Shown here: piece by piece, positions 7,998 to 16,655 of the stretch
Numbering within the stretch: position 1 is the stretch's first letter
Layout of the letters: each line of letters starts with the position of its first letter
IMG/VR virus record: IMGVR_UViG_3300030390_000715
Coordinates: 88,754 to 152,753 of that record
Source: a virus
Length of the DNA stretch: 64,000 nt
Reading direction: 5' to 3' (one strand)
Program-made: the position numbers and the translations under genes
Notes under the pieces: model-generated
Told to the model about the DNA's origin: nothing
Databases searched by the model: none
The model's input: the letters and a program-made list of their open reading frames with translations, nothing else

Positions 7998-8156
7998 TGT
8001 ACGAGAGATGTAATTGATCTCTAGTGGGCTCCCCACGACGAGAAGCGAGATAATTACTCGTAGGAGACGAGCTATCAATAGACTAGCCGTTATGGTAAAG
8101 CGTCACACGATTATGAATGGCTTGGCCGCTAGTAATCGTTCCACTAAATTTTTAAT

Positions 8157-9548
8157 TTACCAAGAGTAAGCGTTTGATCGTGTTCCGTTGTTTGTTGTAG
8201 GACTAGTCATAACAAACGGGCTACTAGTATTAGAAACATTGTTTTGTGTAGTAGTCGGTGCTGATACTTGGGTTGTCTGTACAATGGTCACATTAGCGTC
8301 ACCAGACGCACTGGATGTCTGTCTCCCGATCTCTTCGCTAACACTCTGTCGAGACTCGTCACCTTTTATCATTTCCGCAGTAACAGTTTTTGTTACAAAC
8401 TCAACGCGCTCTTGCGCGTCTGTACGTTGTTCAGCTTTCCATCTAGAAAGATCACCATACTTCTCACTTTCGTTTACGCCAGTAATCGAAGCTATATCAG
8501 CCATAGTACTGGCAGAAAAGGTGGGCTGAGGTATGGGTGGCTTTTCACCCTTACCAGAGTTGTCGTTGAATCCATTATCGAATTCGCGCATGAATGCTTC
8601 TATCGGAGAATCGCCTTTAGTGAAGATAGCTTTAATTGCGGCTGTCGCACCTCTACCTACACCTTCGACGAAATTCAAGATAGTGTCAACAATACTACCG
8701 AAGCTGTCTGCCATTGAAAACCCGTCGAGTAGTTTAGAGAAATTATCAAAGCCTAGTTTACTAGACAACCAAGAGATTCCATCTTTGAGTAGATCAAGGG
8801 GTAGGGTAACTAGGCTACCGATTCCTTTAAGAACACCTTTCGCAACGGCTGTAAACTTAGCGAACAGATCAGAGCCATCACCTAGACTAGTCAACTCTTC
8901 GAATATTGCCATTCCGGTTTCTATTGCTAATGTGATAGGCAAGAATGCTCTACCAATAATTCTGAAAAAACCAAATACCTTAGAGAACGAAGCTCCGAAC
9001 TTTGATATGAATCTCGTAACAGGCTCAAAGAAGCTTGTAATCTTTGCGAATGTTTTACCTATAACGCCCTTTGTGCCTATAAATGAATTCAATCTACCGA
9101 AGAAGTCTGTCATAGGTTTGAAGGACGATCCAATCTTTGTGAGTATTGCTCCCACCTTTCCGTTTGCGCTAAAGATAGCTTTAAAGCTATTTGACCATTT
9201 TGTTAGTCTAGCTCCGACATCGAAATTCATCTTCTTCAGAATAGCATTCAAGGTGTCGCCTAGCCCCAAAGTGAAGCCTGCTATGGAGCCTGCTATTCCT
9301 GCTACTAAAGCCGCGAATCCAAAGTTTAGACCTTCGGTATTCTTAACAGTAGGCACTTCAGGTTGGACGCTCGAATCATCTTTACCAGAAATACGCTCAC
9401 GCATATTCTCAGCCTCGTCCATCTTGTTACTAGCCCAGAGAGTGATAAAGTTGTCGATGTTGCGATCAAGCCTAGTGAGAACGTCATTATTCGCACGTTG
9501 CTCCATGACAACATCATTTAGAGTCTTACCTTTAGCTTTCTTAGCCAC
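8157..9548 (-). CDS. Putative tape-measure / baseplate hub protein (gp29-like)
   Basis: Amphipathic Gly/Ala/Phe helical repeats and a Ser/Thr/Asn-rich tail; directly downstream of gp26/gp51-like genes. Confidence 0.6.
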   Translation of the reverse strand: MAKKAKGKTLNDVVMEQRANNDVLTRLDRNIDNFITLWASNKMDEAENMRERISGKDDSSVQPEVPTVKNTEGLNFGFAALVAGIAGSIAGFTLGLGDTLNAILKKMNFDVGARLTKWSNSFKAIFSANGKVGAILTKIGSSFKPMTDFFGRLNSFIGTKGVIGKTFAKITSFFEPVTRFISKFGASFSKVFGFFRIIGRAFLPITLAIETGMAIFEELTSLGDGSDLFAKFTAVAKGVLKGIGSLVTLPLDLLKDGISWLSSKLGFDNFSKLLDGFSMADSFGSIVDTILNFVEGVGRGATAAIKAIFTKGDSPIEAFMREFDNGFNDNSGKGEKPPIPQPTFSASTMADIASITGVNESEKYGDLSRWKAEQRTDAQERVEFVTKTVTAEMIKGDESRQSVSEEIGRQTSSASGDANVTIVQTTQVSAPTTTQNNVSNTSSPFVMTSPTTNNGTRSNAYSW

Positions 9549-9732
9549 CGTTTTCTTGCTCCTTTCGTTGGGCTTCTTCTTCTTCTAGAGCTTGCATTAA
9601 CATGATCATATGTACCTCTCTCTCCCATGGCATCATTTCATCTAACTCTGTTAAAGAGTATTTATGATACCTAAGTAGCATAAAGTTCGATTTAAAATAA
9701 TTTGTAAGGGACTCATGAGAGAGGCATACTAA
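9541..9732 (-). CDS. gp51: gp51-like baseplate hub assembly protein, not in the ORF track; probably reached by -1 frameshift from gp26
   Basis: Hand translation gives LVCLSHESLTNYFKSNFMLLRYHKYSLTELDEMMPWEREVH...; the first in-frame ATG is only at 9681. Confidence 0.75.
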   Translation of the reverse strand, partial: LVCLSHESLTNYFKSNFMLLRYHKYSLTELDEMMPWEREVHMIMLMQALEEEEAQRKEQENGG

Positions 9733-10427
9733 AAAAACGACTGCATGCCCTCAAGTTTTAATTTATTTGCATGCCCGCAATCCGAACACTCAAACTCTAT
9801 AGTATGCTTAACTGCTGGCATATTCTCAAGATAATCGGATAGCTTTGAGAACTGGCTTTGAGTCATTGAGTCAATGAATTCTCCCATACTCTCTTCGCTC
9901 TCCTCACTAGCGTTTATTCTATTTTCGCCATTATCTGTTATTATTGTCTTAATACATTTACCTAGTACACTGAATCCTTGCGTTCTACTATCACCGTCGA
10001 AGTCAAGCATCGTGTAATTAGGGTAATCCATCTCCACGCTAATATCGTCAGTAAGTTCTATGATCGATGACGAAGCGGTCTTCTCGCATTTAATCGAGCT
10101 AATGTCAATACTATTCTTGTTAGGAGTCTTACACTCAGAACAATCTAGTTTTACGTCTATCTTATCTCCTACAGACTTAGATCGAATTTGCAAGAACATA
10201 TATTCGATGTCAAATGTTTTGAGATCATCGTTCTTTATATTACCGTCGATACAAGCAATAACGGTATCTACAACCGCAGACATTATTTGTCCAGGGTCTT
10301 GCTGTTCTGATGCCATTAACAATATCTTTTCTTCTTTAACTAAGTAAGGTCTGTACTTGACTTTCTTGCCTGTAGATGGTATAGTTAGTGTATATTTTGG
10401 AACACTATTTAACTGTGGTAATGCCAT
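9729..10427 (-). CDS. gp26: Baseplate hub subunit/chaperone (gp26-like)
   Basis: MALP...YRPYLVKEEKILL, FDIEYMFLQIRSKSVG, two CxxC pairs, and an LEGMQSFF end. Confidence 0.85.
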   Translation of the reverse strand: MALPQLNSVPKYTLTIPSTGKKVKYRPYLVKEEKILLMASEQQDPGQIMSAVVDTVIACIDGNIKNDDLKTFDIEYMFLQIRSKSVGDKIDVKLDCSECKTPNKNSIDISSIKCEKTASSSIIELTDDISVEMDYPNYTMLDFDGDSRTQGFSVLGKCIKTIITDNGENRINASEESEESMGEFIDSMTQSQFSKLSDYLENMPAVKHTIEFECSDCGHANKLKLEGMQSFF

Positions 10428-10443
10428 GATTTATTCTCAGTTG

Positions 10444-11172
10444 TTATATTGAATTATATAGTGAGTTTGTTAACTTATTTAGTATGCCCGTAGTAGCCGC
10501 TCCAGTAGCTGTAATTCCTACCTTACCCTTATCTTTGTTCTGGAGTACTTCGCCCTGCCAAGACTTGTATGTAAACTCTACAGTGAATTGACTTATCTCA
10601 TTAGAAGCACCGTCCGAAAATGTTTCGTATGATACAGACTTAGGATATGCACGATCTAATAGCCAATGGTAGTTAGCAAAGCCCGAAGTACCTGCGTCAA
10701 TATCTAAGTCGAGATTTATATTGATTGGTCCTAATCTTACGTCTTTACTCTTGTTGAGAATAGGTATGCTGAATCCTTTCTCTAATTGATAGATGTGTAA
10801 AGGAAAGCAGTAGTTGTCGGCATACTCAGAAACATACCTACCTTCTAGATCGTCAGTACGAACGATAATGCTATCCATCCAACCTTCGAAATATCGTCGG
10901 GTACTCTGATCATTCATTACACGAAAGGTCATAGAGACTTCAGGATTCTGAAACCCGTACGCGACTTGTTGTTGATCAACACCCATATCACGAGCCGCAG
11001 TAAGAATTTGCCTCGAAGGTAATGTCACACTCGTACAGAGAAACGACATGTTCCTAGGAGAATCAGCTCCTTGAATCGCAGGCAATTGAACATGATATAA
11101 ATTCGTCTTTGCGGCTCCACGTTTTGAACCTACAAGACTTTTAAATTCATCTATGCTACTTGGTCTAAACAT
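10444..11172 (-). CDS. gp54: Baseplate tail-tube initiator (gp54-like, tail-tube fold)
   Basis: LCTSVTLPSR...FEGWMDSI...AYPKSV...FTVEFTYKSW, plus synteny. Confidence 0.65.
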   Translation of the reverse strand: MFRPSSIDEFKSLVGSKRGAAKTNLYHVQLPAIQGADSPRNMSFLCTSVTLPSRQILTAARDMGVDQQQVAYGFQNPEVSMTFRVMNDQSTRRYFEGWMDSIIVRTDDLEGRYVSEYADNYCFPLHIYQLEKGFSIPILNKSKDVRLGPININLDLDIDAGTSGFANYHWLLDRAYPKSVSYETFSDGASNEISQFTVEFTYKSWQGEVLQNKDKGKVGITATGAATTGILNKLTNSLYNSI

Positions 11173-11771
11173 TAGATCATGCTCCTTGAATCTTTATAAA
11201 CAGCACCTTTATTACCCTGAAATTGTTGCGTCGGTAAAAATGTCGCTATTTCCCATTCTGGTGGTGGTACGTATGCCATCTGCCCTTCAATTTGAGAAGT
11301 CAGGTAATGCTTTAAACACGGCTTGAACCATTTAAACTTTGAACTAGCAGTAAGAAATTTGTATGAGGCTTGAAACTTAGTAGTTTCATCCCACGCTTTA
11401 TTGTTTGTAACTTTCATTAGTTCGTCCAGTAACTTGGCACGAAGTGGTATAGGCAAGTAGTGAAGATTCAGCCCTAGAAACCCACCCTTTGCAGGACCAA
11501 CAATGATCACTAAAGGAAATGCGTCCCAGTACGGAAGCGTATCTCGGTGCTTGGCATCGTAGAAGTACATGTACATATCACCAATGCCTTTGCTACTACG
11601 AGCGCCACGCGTACTGCGTAACTCTAGCTCTTGTTCTCGCATAAGAGCGCGACGATTAATGCCTCGCATTTTTTGCACTTTCTTTCTAAACCATGCAGTC
11701 GCCTCTTTACTACGTGGCGTTATGCCCGCACGAAACGCTTCTTGTTCTACTTTTTTAAAGATTTCACTCAT
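11172..11771 (-). CDS. gp2: DNA end protector protein
   Basis: YDAKHRDTLPYWDAFPL, GLNLHYLP and KPCLKHYL. Confidence 0.9.
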   Translation of the reverse strand: MSEIFKKVEQEAFRAGITPRSKEATAWFRKKVQKMRGINRRALMREQELELRSTRGARSSKGIGDMYMYFYDAKHRDTLPYWDAFPLVIIVGPAKGGFLGLNLHYLPIPLRAKLLDELMKVTNNKAWDETTKFQASYKFLTASSKFKWFKPCLKHYLTSQIEGQMAYVPPPEWEIATFLPTQQFQGNKGAVYKDSRSMI

Positions 11772-11775
11772 ACGT

Positions 11776-12270
11776 TTATTTAGTCTTTTTCTTAGTGGAT
11801 TTTAATTTCTTTAGTGGTTTTAGTTTCTTCAGTGGCTTAGGCATTATTCCTTTCGCAGTCAACTCAACCTCTGTCCATATTTCAAACGACCAACCGTTAT
11901 CTTTTGCGAAGTTAGAGGCGGCTTTCCATTTATTCTGGTTTTTAACATACGTCAATCCCTCGTTTAAATATCGTCGGGTGCGCTTATCACCTTTTGGTGG
12001 CATCGTCTCTTTCTTCGGCTTGATCTCAATAAGAACAGTTCGACGATCAGCATATGTCACTTTCAAGTCCATGAAGTATCGATGATATCGTTTATCGATG
12101 TCATAGTAATAGGGTATCACAACCTCTTCGCTTGACCATCCTATAACATTAGGGTCATCGTCGCACCATGTAAAGGCGTATTTCTCCCACATTGATCGAT
12201 ACACCACTTTAGAATAGTCACCCTTATACTTGGATGGGTTTTTAACTTTATATCTGCCAGAATAAGCCAC
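11776..12270 (-). CDS. gp4: Head completion nuclease
   Basis: NPSKYKGD, YRSMWE, WSSEE, HRYFMD, IEIKP and NQNKWKAA. Confidence 0.9.
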   Translation of the reverse strand: MAYSGRYKVKNPSKYKGDYSKVVYRSMWEKYAFTWCDDDPNVIGWSSEEVVIPYYYDIDKRYHRYFMDLKVTYADRRTVLIEIKPKKETMPPKGDKRTRRYLNEGLTYVKNQNKWKAASNFAKDNGWSFEIWTEVELTAKGIMPKPLKKLKPLKKLKSTKKKTK

Positions 12271-12279
12271 TAGTTCCCT

Positions 12280-12287
12280 TATAAATA
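12280..12287 (+). promoter_or_regulatory. T4-type late promoter
   Basis: TATAAATA in the divergent intergenic region upstream of gp48. Confidence 0.75.
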
Positions 12288-12325
12288 AAGATTATTAGAA
12301 ACTATATTTAGTAAGGTTTAAAAAT

Positions 12326-13498
12326 ATGAATCCTAGTCAAATTAAGAAAGCGGAGCAGGATGCGCGTAACACAGCACAGTCTATAAGTCAAGACGCGACC
12401 AATGTTATTTTTGACAAAAAGATGGAGGGACTTGATGGTACTGAATCGACTCGTTCTGAAGTCTCGGCTCTTAATGCTAAAACTCGTGAATTCAGATATC
12501 CTCTGTCTATGCCTATGTCGGGTAAAGGCTACCCCGGAACAATTACATTTACTGCATACAAGATTGATGGTAAACTTGACCTTGGTGCATCTCTAGGATC
12601 AGCATTCGATAGAGCTACGAAATTCTTATCAGGTACTGATACAGACATTAGTGAGGCTGAAATAGATGCAAGGGCAACCGAAAGCGCGTTGGTCCTTGCA
12701 GAACAGAAAGCTAATGCAGGTAAAAAGAATCGATCAACTACGTCTTATGAGAATACTTCGCGAGGTGAACCAGTAGGTAAAGTGGTGATGCCCCTCCAAA
12801 GAGACTTACGCTTTTCTGACAATGTTACATACGATTCACCACCTCTTGGAGCATTAGGAGCTGGTCTCGAAGCGATAGGTGGTGGTAGAAATCCATTCGC
12901 CGGAGCTACTAACGGTGACGGAACATTCACAACTACTGCGGCTGCCTTAGCCGCGCAAGCTGTAGCAAAAGCTTCGGGTGCTGGTATTGGTGCTATAGTC
13001 GGTAAGTTAGCAGGAAGCGCATTAGGTGGTGCTGTCATAGGATCTGGAGCGACCGAAGGATTAGGTGATGCTGTTCGAAGTTCGACACGTATATCCTCCG
13101 CACCTAATCACAGAACATTATTCAAAGAAGTTCAGCTTCGACAATTCTCTTTCACATTTAAGATGATAGCAAATAGCGAACGAGAAGCGTTTGAGATAAA
13201 GCAGATCATAAAGTTCTTTAGGCAAGAGTTGTATCCTGAAAAGATCACAGTAGGTGACGAGAACATACCTATTGCATACAAGTTTCCTAATGTATTTGAA
13301 CTTCAGGTGAAGAATCAAACAGGTGGTAATCCCGCTTCAAAAATTCAGCGGTGCTATCTTAAAGATGTGCAAACATCATATAACTCAACGGGTAACGGTC
13401 TACATACAGACGGATCGTTTGTAGAATGTGATTTAACGATTAACTTCCAAGAGATATCAGCACTCGATAAAAACATGATAAGGGACAGAGGATACTAA
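12326..13498 (+). CDS. gp48: Baseplate tail-tube cap
   Basis: NHRTLFKEVQLRQFSFTFKM...IKQIIKFFR...CYLKDVQTSY...FQEI. Confidence 0.8.
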   Translation: MNPSQIKKAEQDARNTAQSISQDATNVIFDKKMEGLDGTESTRSEVSALNAKTREFRYPLSMPMSGKGYPGTITFTAYKIDGKLDLGASLGSAFDRATKFLSGTDTDISEAEIDARATESALVLAEQKANAGKKNRSTTSYENTSRGEPVGKVVMPLQRDLRFSDNVTYDSPPLGALGAGLEAIGGGRNPFAGATNGDGTFTTTAAALAAQAVAKASGAGIGAIVGKLAGSALGGAVIGSGATEGLGDAVRSSTRISSAPNHRTLFKEVQLRQFSFTFKMIANSEREAFEIKQIIKFFRQELYPEKITVGDENIPIAYKFPNVFELQVKNQTGGNPASKIQRCYLKDVQTSYNSTGNGLHTDGSFVECDLTINFQEISALDKNMIRDRGY

Positions 13499-14418
13499 TG
13501 TCAAATTATTTCGAAAACTTTCCGAGACAACTCTATAAGTTCGGTGATGCGGAAGATCCTGTTTACTTTCAAAAGTTAGCCCAATACGTCGATCTAGTCG
13601 ATAGGGTTGGCGATGATGCAAGTACATATATTGAATATGAGATACTAGATTTTGATAGACCGGATACCCTAGCACATAAGCTATATGGCACCAGCGAGTA
13701 TGAGTGGACATTCTTTTCGATGAACCCCCGACTTCGCGAGTCTGGCTGGCCCATGACTCTTCAAGATGTCAGTGACTATGCGATCAAGAAAGCGTATCCA
13801 AATTATGTTTGTCAACTAGGTATTTCTATACCAACAGCCATCGTAGGCGACTCTGCTGAACTTGGATATGCAGATAGTGCTACAGCAAGAGTTGATGTGT
13901 TAGCAAAACATATCGCTATCGCATTTCCTGTCGGGCAGACTGTTACTATTGGTAATTTCTACGGTGAAGTACTCGACCTCAATATACAAAATGCTGAAGT
14001 GACTATTGGTAATGTCAAAGATAGTGCGAGAAGTACTACGTTCGCTACGGGTGATTCTGTAGCAGGTCAAGCCGCTTATTTAGCTCCTACTACTATAACA
14101 TACGGAACGGCTGATAGCGCAACAATCGCAGTCAATTATCCTATCGTTTATCAAGACACGATTCCTACTGTCGACTCCGCTATCTCTTTGAATGAAATGC
14201 TTTCGGTAAGTACAAAGTATGAATATGAAGGAACACACCATTTCACGGATTCTGTTGGTGAAGTTGTTGACTATCTATTCTTCGATGGAACGATAACTGC
14301 GGTATCGAACATCGATTGGTTGATTGCAGAGAATGACAAGACAAAAAGAATACGCGTGATCAAGAACCAATTCATTGATAAGATTGTCGGTGAACATAAA
14401 CGCCTTACTGCGAGATAA
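13498..14418 (+). CDS. gp53: Baseplate wedge subunit with a central insertion
   Basis: YFENFP, DRPDTLAHKLYG (LysM-like), WPM, and ENDKTKRIRVIK. Confidence 0.85.
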   Translation: MSNYFENFPRQLYKFGDAEDPVYFQKLAQYVDLVDRVGDDASTYIEYEILDFDRPDTLAHKLYGTSEYEWTFFSMNPRLRESGWPMTLQDVSDYAIKKAYPNYVCQLGISIPTAIVGDSAELGYADSATARVDVLAKHIAIAFPVGQTVTIGNFYGEVLDLNIQNAEVTIGNVKDSARSTTFATGDSVAGQAAYLAPTTITYGTADSATIAVNYPIVYQDTIPTVDSAISLNEMLSVSTKYEYEGTHHFTDSVGEVVDYLFFDGTITAVSNIDWLIAENDKTKRIRVIKNQFIDKIVGEHKRLTAR

Positions 14419-14421
14419 TTA

Positions 14422-15777
14422 ATGCCTTCGACTCAATCACAATTTAGTATACTAGAAGCCTCGATAATATCTACGTCCACATATGATGACGAAAGTGTTG
14501 TTGATGTAAAAAGTAATGTTCTTGAATTACAATTCTTCGAGCATATTGGTAAACCTTTTGTCGATGCTAAGATAGTGCTTATCGATGATATGGGTTTAAA
14601 AGATGCGCTAGGAATTCAAGGCACAGAGAAGTTTCGAATTGTTATTGGTGATCCATCGGGTCTCGAAGAACCTTCGATTGTCAAGTATTTTTACATATCA
14701 AATATTACACAGACAAAGAAGCTCAATGATCGAAGCGAAATGTTAGCGATTGATCTAGTAGAGGAGCAAGTGTTCGTTGACGCGGTAAAGCAGTTTAGTA
14801 GGTCTTACACCTCAACACTCGAAGATATGATCACTAGTATTTGTGAACGTGATCTAGGAAAGACTGTAGATAAAGAAGATTTCGAAGGTAGCGTACAGGG
14901 CGTTAGAAAAGTCATTATACCTTTCATGAGCCCTTTGAGCGCAATTCAGTGGCTGAAGAATCGGGCTACGAGCAAAATTGGTGCACCCATCTATCTGTAC
15001 TCAAGTCTATATCAAGACGAATTGAAGATGGCTAACTTAGACAAACTATTGCAAGCTGATGTAATCAATGATAAACTGCCCCTTAGATTTTCGAAGGCTG
15101 TTCAAGGAACAGACGATCCTCTTAGACCTTATTTTGAAGTTTTAGAGTTAAACGAGATCGGGGGTGATAACGCACTAGAACTTTACGAAGATGGTGCGAT
15201 CGGCTCTTTCTACTCAAACCTCGATGCAGGTACAGGAAACTCAGTTGACAACCACATAACGATTCGTGATATCATTGACGAGTTCTATACGAACGACTTA
15301 ATCTCTGCTGATACAATTCAATCGATATATGACGATGCTTTGCTGATTGGAGGCAAGCTGTCAGATACGTACAACTCTTTACATATTCACCAAGTGACTT
15401 CGAGCGGAACTTACAACCAATTCCTCAGTTATCACGACGAATCGACTCTTCTTGACGATAAAAATAATATAATCGAATCGAGATTAAAGGTTAAAAATAA
15501 AATCATTCGTGCTATAATGAAAAAGAATATGATTGATATTGGCATAGATGGAAGTATGCTTATTCGAGGTGAAGTTACTGTCGGTAATAAACTCCGCGTG
15601 TTATTCTTAAAATCTGATGCTAACGGAGACGAGAAGGATTTAAGCGAACAGGTAGACATGAGCAAGTCTGGTGATTATTTTATTGTTGCGATAAATAATA
15701 AAATGTCAAGCGAGAGTCATGTAGCACAATTAAGACTGTCTAAACTAGGTGACCTACCGGATAACTTCACACTATGA
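14422..15777 (+). CDS. Putative baseplate hub protein (gp27-like)
   Basis: Lies between gp53 and gp5; ends with a SGDYFIVAINNK-type motif. Confidence 0.55.
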   Translation: MPSTQSQFSILEASIISTSTYDDESVVDVKSNVLELQFFEHIGKPFVDAKIVLIDDMGLKDALGIQGTEKFRIVIGDPSGLEEPSIVKYFYISNITQTKKLNDRSEMLAIDLVEEQVFVDAVKQFSRSYTSTLEDMITSICERDLGKTVDKEDFEGSVQGVRKVIIPFMSPLSAIQWLKNRATSKIGAPIYLYSSLYQDELKMANLDKLLQADVINDKLPLRFSKAVQGTDDPLRPYFEVLELNEIGGDNALELYEDGAIGSFYSNLDAGTGNSVDNHITIRDIIDEFYTNDLISADTIQSIYDDALLIGGKLSDTYNSLHIHQVTSSGTYNQFLSYHDESTLLDDKNNIIESRLKVKNKIIRAIMKKNMIDIGIDGSMLIRGEVTVGNKLRVLFLKSDANGDEKDLSEQVDMSKSGDYFIVAINNKMSSESHVAQLRLSKLGDLPDNFTL

Positions 15778-16655
15778 ATATTCTAACTCCTATTCAAAAA
15801 GAATTTTACGGTGATGACCTTCGTTGGTTCTTAGGCACATGTATTAATGCACACCCACCTGCAGGACTAGAGGGGCGCGTAAAAGTTCGAATCAACGGAG
15901 TTCATAGCGCAAGTACCGCTGATATTCCGGAGAGGGATTTACCTTGGGCTCAAGTTCTATTGCCAACTACTGAAGGTGGTTCTTCAGGTATTGGTCGTAT
16001 TCCTCAGATAGTACAAGGCTCGTTCGTCTTTGGTATGTTCATGGACGGAGTATCTTCGCAATTGCCCTTAGTACTAGGAACATTACCTAGAATAGAATTA
16101 CCTTCTTCTGTACAGACTGATCGACGTACTTCAAACGAGAGTGCAACGGACTATACAAAACGCAGATTACAGAATGTTACTACTCAAAAATTCAAAGATG
16201 ATGGTGTACGAAACGCCTCTGTTGGATTACGTAGACAACAATCGATGAAGTTCTTTATTGATAATGGATATGATTTAATTCAAGCCTCAGCTATTACAGG
16301 TGCGCTTCAGGCTGAATCGCGATTCATTTTATACGACGAGCAGTGGTATGATTCACTAACTACTCCTAAACTTGGCATTGCTAACTGGAGAAAAGTAGCT
16401 ACGCTTGGTAGTCGATATACTAATCTATTGAATTTTGCTTCTCAATTCTCACCCAACGCTGACTGGAAATTATTCTCTATTCAGTTGCAGTTCGTGTTGT
16501 ATGAATTGAGGAACGATTTCAATCAAGTCAATAGTCGTTTAATAGCAACCACTAATGTCAAGGATGCGAGTGAAGTTGTCAATAGATACTATCTCAAGAA
16601 CACGAATGAAAGCTACAAGTTGGCTCAACAAGCCTACGAAGAGGTCTTATCATAA
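15774..16655 (+). CDS. gp5: gp5 N-terminal OB-fold fused to a phage-tail-lysozyme-like domain
   Basis: GRVKVRINGVH...LPWAQV...VFGMFMDG..SQLPLVLG, followed by ASAITGALQAES...GIANW...QLQFVLYEL. Confidence 0.75.
   Translation: MNILTPIQKEFYGDDLRWFLGTCINAHPPAGLEGRVKVRINGVHSASTADIPERDLPWAQVLLPTTEGGSSGIGRIPQIVQGSFVFGMFMDGVSSQLPLVLGTLPRIELPSSVQTDRRTSNESATDYTKRRLQNVTTQKFKDDGVRNASVGLRRQQSMKFFIDNGYDLIQASAITGALQAESRFILYDEQWYDSLTTPKLGIANWRKVATLGSRYTNLLNFASQFSPNADWKLFSIQLQFVLYELRNDFNQVNSRLIATTNVKDASEVVNRYYLKNTNESYKLAQQAYEEVLS

Noticed and set aside
7998-8156. tRNA gene in the intergenic gap
   Set aside because: No T-loop GTTCRA or cloverleaf is recognisable on either strand; the region is kept only as a generic structured-RNA candidate.
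8533-9588. 351-aa plus-strand ORF
   Set aside because: It is the antisense shadow of the minus-strand tape-measure-like gene, which fits the gp26/gp51 operon.
11776-12270. TnsA-like nuclease as a transposon or homing element
   Set aside because: Its motifs and position beside gp2 identify it as the core head-completion protein gp4; no mobile-element ends are visible.
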